In this document: positions 57,376 through 64,000 of the stretch, piece after piece
How positions within the stretch are numbered: the stretch's first letter is position 1
Layout: every line of letters begins with the position of its first letter
DNA from: Hyaloraphidium curvatum SAG 235-1
Lineage: Eukaryota > Fungi > Monoblepharomycota
Direction: 5' to 3'
Assembly: GCA_025558095.1 (NCBI GenBank)
Contig: JAIVFI010000043.1
Coordinates: 372,001 to 436,000, forward strand
DNA length: 64,000 nucleotides
The notes under the pieces: generated by a model
Told to the model about the DNA's origin: nothing
Seen by the model: only the letters and a program-made list of their open reading frames with translations
Database searches by the model: none
Made by a program: the position numbers and the translations under genes

Positions 57376-59892
57376 ATGCGATCTTTTGCCACCTTGTCCG
57401 CCGCGGCTGCCGCGCTGGCCCTCGCGGCGCTGCTCGCCTGTGCGGGCGTCCCCCTCGCGGCCGCCGGCCCCGTGCGCCGGCAGCTGACGCCGGACTGGGC
57501 CGCCGATCTCTCCGCCGGTTCCGCCGCGGCACGCCAGCTGCCCGCCGCGCCCTCGGCCGCCTCGACGCCGTGCGCGGCGCTGCCCGTCGCGGCGGACTGG
57601 CGGTGCGGCCCGGACTTTGGCGCGCGCTGCCCCGACGGCCTGTGCTGCTCGCGCTTCGGCTGGTGCCAGGACAACGGCGGCGATTCCGATCCTCGGTGGT
57701 GCGGCGACGGCTGCCAGCTCGGGTACGGCAAGTGCCTGTTCCCGGCGGGCTCCCCCGTCCCGGACGCCGTGTGCCCGACCGCCTCGGCAAGGGCGCCGCC
57801 GACCACCGTGTCGGCCTCGACGACGGTTTACGCAGCCTGCACCACGGTCCCCGAGGCGGCGGACGGCCGCTGCGGGGCCGAGTTTGGCCGGCGGTGCCCG
57901 GACGGCCTGTGCTGCTCCCAGTTTGGGTACTGTCAAGGTGCGTTGGACCCCTCCCGGCCGATGATCTGCGAGCTCACCGGCATGATCTTCCAGACGACGG
58001 CAGCGACTCCGGGGCAGCCTGGTGCGGCGACGGCTGCCAGCTCGGCTTCGGCAAATGCTTCCTGCGCCCCGCCCCGCCCCGCTTCTCCTGCCCCACGCCG
58101 CGGCCCGACCCCACGCCGACCTACCAGCTGACCACCATGTCGTCGTCGACGCCGGTCTACATGGCGTGCCCGGATCTGCCCGTGACCGAGGACGTGCGCT
58201 GCGGACCCCAGGCCGGCAGGCGCTGCCCCGGCAACCTGTGCTGCTCGCAGTGGGGATTCTGCCAAGGTGCGTCGCCGCTCCGCCCCGTGCATCTGCCTGC
58301 CTGCTCATCTTCTGCTGCATGCTGCAGACGACGGCGGCGACTCTGGCGAGCCCTGGTGCGGCGCCGGTTGCGAGCTCGGCTGGGGCAAGTGCTTCCTCGG
58401 TACCGCGCCCTTTGCCTCGGATTTCGCATGCCCCACGCCGACCTCGGACGGCCCGCCGCCGACGTACCAGCTCACCTACGTGTCGGCCGCGACGCCCGTG
58501 TACATGGCCTGCCCGACGCTGGCGGTATCGACCGACGGGCGGTGCGGGGAGGGGTTTGGGACGAGGTGCAGGGACGGGTACTGCTGTTCGCAGTGGGGAT
58601 GGTGGGTAAATGCACCGCCGGGCTACCCAGCATCCGCTGACTTTGCTTTTGCCGGCTTCAGGTGCCAGGACAATGGGGGCGACTCGGGCTACTCGTGGTG
58701 CGGCGAGGGATGCCAGCTCGGCTTCGGCAAGTGCTTCGTCGGGTCGGCGCCGCTCTCGACCGCCTTTTCGTGTTCGGCGAGTCCCACGGCGGTGCCCGAG
58801 ACTGGCGTGCCGACGCCCCCGCCCGCTTCGACCTCGGAGGTAACACCGACGAGCACGGCCGCACTGCCGACCACCGAGACCTCGGCAACCGCTGCCTCGA
58901 CCACGGTCGCACAGCCAACTACAACCGCCACCCCCGCGCCGTACGTCGGCCTGCGCATGACGGCCGACTGCCCCTCGGGCACCTTCCGCGTGCGCAACGG
59001 CAACGCCTTCTCTGTGCCCTACAGATGGGACGTCTTTGGCGGCTCCCTGAACGGCAGCGGCGTCGCGGCACCCGGCACGACGATGGGCGCGATCGACGTG
59101 CGCCCGCTGACTGGGGTCACGGTGCGGCTGTTCGTGAACGGGACGGTGCTGCAGGATACCAAGGCTCAGAAGCCGGCGTCGGACTGCCCCGCGGATACCA
59201 CGGCTGCGGGGCCGACCAACACCGGGGCGGCATCGACAATCGTGCCGCCGGCCACGTCTTCCGTCACTCGTCCGGCCAGCACAACCGCTCAGCAGCCGGG
59301 AACGACGACGCGAACGACAGCCACCTCCACGCCCGTCGACACGATCCGCCAGGCCCTCACCTCGCAGACCCTGCCGTGCCCGGCCTTCTCCCTCGGCTCC
59401 GGCCTGTCGACGAACCCCATGTTCCCCTTCATCAGCAACCTCGCCTGCGACTCACCCCTCGCCACCCTGCGCTTCTGGAACGCCACCGCGTTCCCCCTCA
59501 ACTTCGGCGGCTGCAACTCCCAGGGCCGCTTCGACGTGCTCGCCTTGAACGGCACCTTCGTCCCCGCCCCCGACCGCTCGCAGATCGCCTTCCCCGCGGG
59601 CGTCGACCCCTCCGCCCCGCAGCTGGACATGGACTTTTACGTCACGGGTACCTCCCTGCAGCGCCGCAACTGCGGCACCGAAGCGCAGGGCAGCACCCAG
59701 GCGCCGTCGTTCTACGCCTCCGCGCTCCGGGGGCGTGTGCTCCGGCTGCAGGTCTCGTGCGCAAACGGGGCCTACGCGGGCCCGCTGTACTTTGCCTGGT
59801 CGGACCCGCAGTACTACGGAAGGCAGAACTCGACGATGGTGCAGCTGTTCAACTGCCTGGGCGGAAAGGTGGCCGGGGTCACCACGCCGTGA
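57376..59892 (+). CDS. Secreted protein with 4 CBM18 (hevein) chitin-binding domains, Thr linkers and an unnamed C-terminal domain
   Basis: 4x CG...C....CCSxxGxCQD.GGDS...WCG.GC.LG.GKC; introns 57938-57993, ~58267-58327, 58602-58661. Confidence 0.9.
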
Positions 59893-60744
59893 TCGGCGCC
59901 TCTGTGAGCGGGGCTGGCGGATCGGGACGGGGACGGCAGGGTGCCATCGCAGTCATGGGGCTTTCAGTAGATAGATGTGAGCTTTTGTCGCACCATCTTT
60001 GTCTTTGACCAATTCACCGCGCTCGAATCGCAATCGGCCCCGCCTGCCCAGGTCACCTTGACAGTCCTGGTCGTCTTGCCGTTACCTTTCCCACGCAGCG
60101 ACGGCGCCGACGCCGGCCAGGAGCAGCGCCGCGACTGCGGAGAGCGCGGCGCGGCCCGACATGATTCCCGGCGCGGACAGATTGCGGCAGACGGGGCGCG
60201 GCGCTCTCCTCCGCGGCCCGGCGGCGGCGTGCTCCAAAGCGGCAAAGTCGCTTGTGGGAGGACGGTGCTGCAGAAAGGAATCGCACTCGGGGTCGGCGCC
60301 TCCGCGGGTCCAGTACACTGCCAGCGTAGACACGGCGTTGGCGACTAGCTCCGGATCGGCGGGGGTAGTCTGACAGGAGACTATGACCCTAACTCATGGA
60401 AAGTGTAATCCAGGCGAGAGATGCGTGCCAATGTGCGATGACTTCGCGATGTGGGAACCGGCGGAGCCGGGCACGTGATTCCGCAAAGAGATCGACGAGG
60501 ACGAGCTATAGCTTCCGCCGACCATCGAGGCATCGCCCGGACCGGCGACAATACTGCGCTCCGTTACGATTCAATCGCCTCTTTTCTCTACCCGCCGCGG
60601 TATCGGCACTCCAAAACGGCGTCATCAGAGCGGCCGAGGTCATCGGGGCTGGTGCACCCCTCCTTGCTCGCTTTCGCGCCCTTGGAACCGCACCCCTTCC
60701 CGCCCGCATCGCCACCCTCCCCGCCCTCCCGCCCCGCCGCTGCG

Positions 60745-61482
60745 ATGAGCTACCCCGGCGAGACCGCCAGCCCGGTCTCGGGCGTCATCGACGTGCCCCT
60801 CGGTGCGCGCGCCGCGCCGCCGGCCGGCAATCTCTGACGGGTCCCGGGGCAGACAACAAGCAGTACGAGGTGTCGGCGCCGCCGTCGGGCGGCGCAACGA
60901 TCTTCTGGAAGGTCGCGGACCCGATTGCACTCGCGCTCTTCACCGTCGGCGTCATCCTGAGCTGGGTCTACATCCCGAGGTGGGCCGGCCGGAATCGCCG
61001 CGAGATGCCGGCGCTCACACGCGACCGACAGCATCCAGACCGTCTGCTGCGGTCTCGCCAACCTGTATGTCCTCCGCCCGGACCGCGACGGCCCGCGATT
61101 GACCCGACCCCGACCCCGCCCACCCGTCCGCAATGCCTCCCCGCCCTCGCTACCCCCTCCCGCCCCATTCGCCGCCCAACAGCGCCCTTCTCGGCCTCGT
61201 CGTCGCGCTCACCTTCAAAGCCCTCCCCTTCTTCACCTCGCAGCTCCCCGCGGCCAACCACACCGTCGGCCGCGGCGTGATCTTCGTCTACATGGGCTGC
61301 TTCGCGTGCCTCGGAAACGGAGGGCTGGCGCTGGGGATGGGGCTGCCGGTGGTGCTTTACGGGCTGTTTTACGTGCTGACCAAGTACATCAACGTGCCCG
61401 GTGGGTGGTTTCCGGCTCGGGCGGGGCCGGCGATTGGTGACGGGGTTCGTTCGCGGCAGCGCTGGTCTGGGCGCCTGCCTAG
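60745..61482 (+). CDS. Small multi-exon membrane protein, possibly COPI-associated/TVP15-like
   Basis: Hydrophobic exons; GRGVIFVYMG resembles the TVP15 GRG.FY..G motif; exon boundaries partly uncertain. Confidence 0.4.
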
Positions 61483-61851
61483 GCAGGACTGTGTGAGGGT
61501 GTCCGGCTCGAGCGAAGTGTCCGCGTTGGATACTGGGGTTATTTCCGGCATGGCGGGTCTGGGCGCCGACGTAGGCCGGCCTATGTGTGGTGTGGGGTGA
61601 TCAGAGGGACGTAGCTGTCTCCCCGTGGTGGACTTCCTCCCCCTTGTGCTGATCTCATCGGCGTCCTCTCGGTGTTTGGGGACGGCGCTCGGGCCCGACG
61701 CCGGGCCCGGAACCCGGTCGGCCTTGCTGGGTCCGCCGCGAGAACCCGGCCGCACTGCGCCACAATCCTCGGGGCCAGCCTCCCAAGCCCCGTGCCGACC
61801 CGACAACAAAAGCGCGCCCGGAAAGGCAACCGCCGCCCAACCGACACCGCC

Positions 61852-62848
61852 ATGTCCCGCGCAATCACCCTCGCCGTCGCGCTCGCGCTGCTGCTCGCCC
61901 CCGGCGCGCCCGCCGCGCCGTTCCCCAACAGCAAGGGCGTCGGGCGGCCGCGCTACGTGCCGTACACGCTCGGCGGCAGGCGGCTCGAGGACGTGTCCGC
62001 CGGCTGCGCGGCCGCCGCCAACGCCACCGGCCCCGTCGCGGAGCGCTGCGTCGCAACGGAGATGGGGAAGATCTTCCTCGCCGGGTTCGACAGCACGACG
62101 TGCTCGACGGGCTGCGCGAGCGCGGTCACCTCGTACTGGGACGGCCTCACCGCCGCCTGCGGTTCCGAGGTGGGCCTCCCGTGACTTTGTTCCTTCAAAA
62201 GTGGTCGCTAACCCCGCCCTTCCACGCCAGACGCTCGTGTCCATCGTGGCCCGCAACGCCTCGCTGTCGCGGAACCTGAGCGCCGCCGACCTCGCGCCCT
62301 CCAACCTGCTCGGCCGGGCGCTGTTCTGCGCCAAGGACGCCTCGGGAGCGTCGTGTATCCCCGGCGTGGAGTACATCAGGTCGGCGCCCAAGGGGGCGGG
62401 CTTCAACGAGACCCGCTGCAAGGAGGTGAGCATCACCGGTTGCGCCTTCGCCGGTCCGATTTCTGACCTCCCCCCCATCCAGTGTGCCGCCGCCGCCCTC
62501 GCTGCCGTCGACACCGTCGCCGGCGCCTACCCGTCGGCGACCTACTTCACGGGCAACTTCTTCCGCGCCGCCTCGTGGGCCGACGTCCGCGCCGAGCTCT
62601 CGGGCCGCTGCGCGCGCACCGCCGCCGCCGCCTCGAGCCGCTCCGCCGCCTGGGCGTCCAAGACCGTCTCCAAGGGCGCCAAGGGGACCAAGGGCGTCAA
62701 GGCCGTCGACCCCGTCAAGACCAAGGCGGGCGGGACCAAGACGGCCGGGACAAAGTTCCTCGCCAAGGCGACCAGGTCGGCCAAGTCCGCCAGGGCCAAG
62801 GGCACCAACAAGGCCTTTGCCACCCTGGTCGCCAAGAAGGCGCTCTGA
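61852..62848 (+). CDS. Secreted Cys-rich protein with Lys/Ala/Thr basic tail
   Basis: Signal MSRAITLAVALALLLAPGAPA; intron 62170-62230; helical Cys pattern. Confidence 0.75.
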
Positions 62849-63050
62849 GGGGGCGCACGTTGGACGGCCGCGGCCGATACCCGGATCCAAAAGCATACCT
62901 CTTTGTCGTCTGGACCTGCCATTTATGAATTAGATCCCGGGCTGCAGCCTTGACTCGAACAACTCCGCTTCCCATTACCCCGCAATACGTTACGTTGCCC
63001 CTACGTCCCTGGTCTAGTCCGTCTCTCTACGTCTCGGGGCCCGCATAGCC

Positions 63051-64000
63051 TCACACGGCCCCGCCAAAGTTGACCGCATCCGCAAACGCCTCCCCCTCGG
63101 CCTCACCCTCCTTCCCGCCGGCAAAGTACGCCACGCACTCGCCCCCCGGGTCAGATATCCGCAGCAGCTTGCCCTCGTCCTCCCTCCCGATCCCCGGCAG
63201 CGCGAACGGCAGGTCCGCGGCATCCACCACCCTTGCCACCCCCCTCGCCTGGTCCCCCGCGCGGTCGAGGTCGAACGCCTTGACGAGCTCGTACCGCTCC
63301 TGGCCCTCCCCCGGCGCCGTCAACGGGCGGCACCACAGCAGCACGTCGGCAAAGAGGATCAGCTCGTCGTCGCGGCCGGCCTCGCGGGGGGCCGCGGGGA
63401 TCACCGTCGTCGGGAGGAGGGGCACGGCTTCCTTGATCCGGGAGCCGAGGGGGCGCACCAGCACCGCGGGGGGAACCAGGTTGCTGTCCGAGCGCGGGGG
63501 GACGGGGGAAGAGAGCACGTCCTCGGGGGCCTGGGGCAGGCCGACGAAGGCGGCGACGGCGGCGTCGGGGACGTAGGCCCGCACGACGACCCGCACCGCG
63601 CGCCAGGGCGCCGCCTTGAGCAGCTTCCGCCGCGCGGAGAAGATGCGGAGCAGGCCCGCGCCCGTGGTCAAGGTCGTCAGCGAGGCCTGCGGGCTGCCGG
63701 GCGAGCCCGGCGGCGGCGACAGCGCGAGCGACGAGCCGCGCGCGGGGATCCCGCCCGACGGGCGCGCACGGTGTCCGGGCTGGTACCCAGGCGACGGCGA
63801 CCCCGGTACCGACGACGCCGGCGACGCGGACCCCGACGTCAAGGGGCTCGCGTCCTCCTCCGGCGCCCGGATCTGCCGCAGCACACCCTCCACTACCGAC
63901 GTGACCCCCTCCCACTCGCGCTTGCGCTCGTTGCACTCCCGCACCCGCAGCGCCAGCTCCTCCATCGCCTTCTCCAGGTCCTCGTTGTCGGGGTGCGACG
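63051..64000 (-). CDS. C-terminal part of a DH-PH RhoGEF (partial)
   Basis: PDNEDLEKAMEELALRVRECNERKREWE (DH end); LILFADVLLWC (PH-like). Confidence 0.65.
   Translation of the reverse strand, partial: SHPDNEDLEKAMEELALRVRECNERKREWEGVTSVVEGVLRQIRAPEEDASPLTSGSASPASSVPGSPSPGYQPGHRARPSGGIPARGSSLALSPPPGSPGSPQASLTTLTTGAGLLRIFSARRKLLKAAPWRAVRVVVRAYVPDAAVAAFVGLPQAPEDVLSSPVPPRSDSNLVPPAVLVRPLGSRIKEAVPLLPTTVIPAAPREAGRDDELILFADVLLWCRPLTAPGEGQERYELVKAFDLDRAGDQARGVARVVDAADLPFALPGIGREDEGKLLRISDPGGECVAYFAGGKEGEAEGEAFADAVNFGGAV

Noticed and set aside
1-64000. Prokaryotic origin, operons, rRNA or tRNA genes
   Set aside because: Pervasive spliceosomal introns and eukaryote-specific genes; no RNA genes recognised by eye

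Overview
GC-rich eukaryotic DNA with compact genes and short (mostly 50-60 nt) GT/GC-AG introns. Gene content (CBM18, SPX-EXS, CWF19, TKL kinase) suggests an early-diverging, chytrid-grade fungus; a monoblepharid such as Hyaloraphidium is my unverified guess. Bases 1-5861 are the 3' part of a Ty3/Gypsy chromovirus: pol (RNase H, integrase, chromodomain), PPT and a 476-bp 3' LTR. It is inserted into a CRE/R2-type restriction-like-endonuclease ORF. The main discovery lies between pol and the LTR, where a 2.8-kb accessory cassette carries two divergent genes. One is an antisense, two-intron gene ending in a C2H2 zinc finger; the other is an intronless sense coiled-coil ORF. They flank an 11-bp palindromic (ACTCGCGAGT) tandem array that recurs in the LTR upstream of its TATA box, suggesting a self-regulatory or anti-silencing circuit. 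The rest of the window holds about 27 host genes. These include four paralogous atypical CAMK-like kinases, two candidate 7TM ion-channel (Gr/DUF3537-like) proteins, an RCC1-ectodomain receptor kinase, an IDO-like protein with a mitochondrial-type presequence, an SPX-EXS protein lacking its lysine cluster, several intronless bacteria-like enzymes, and secreted proteins sharing an unnamed domain. All calls come from reading motifs by eye; no searches were run.
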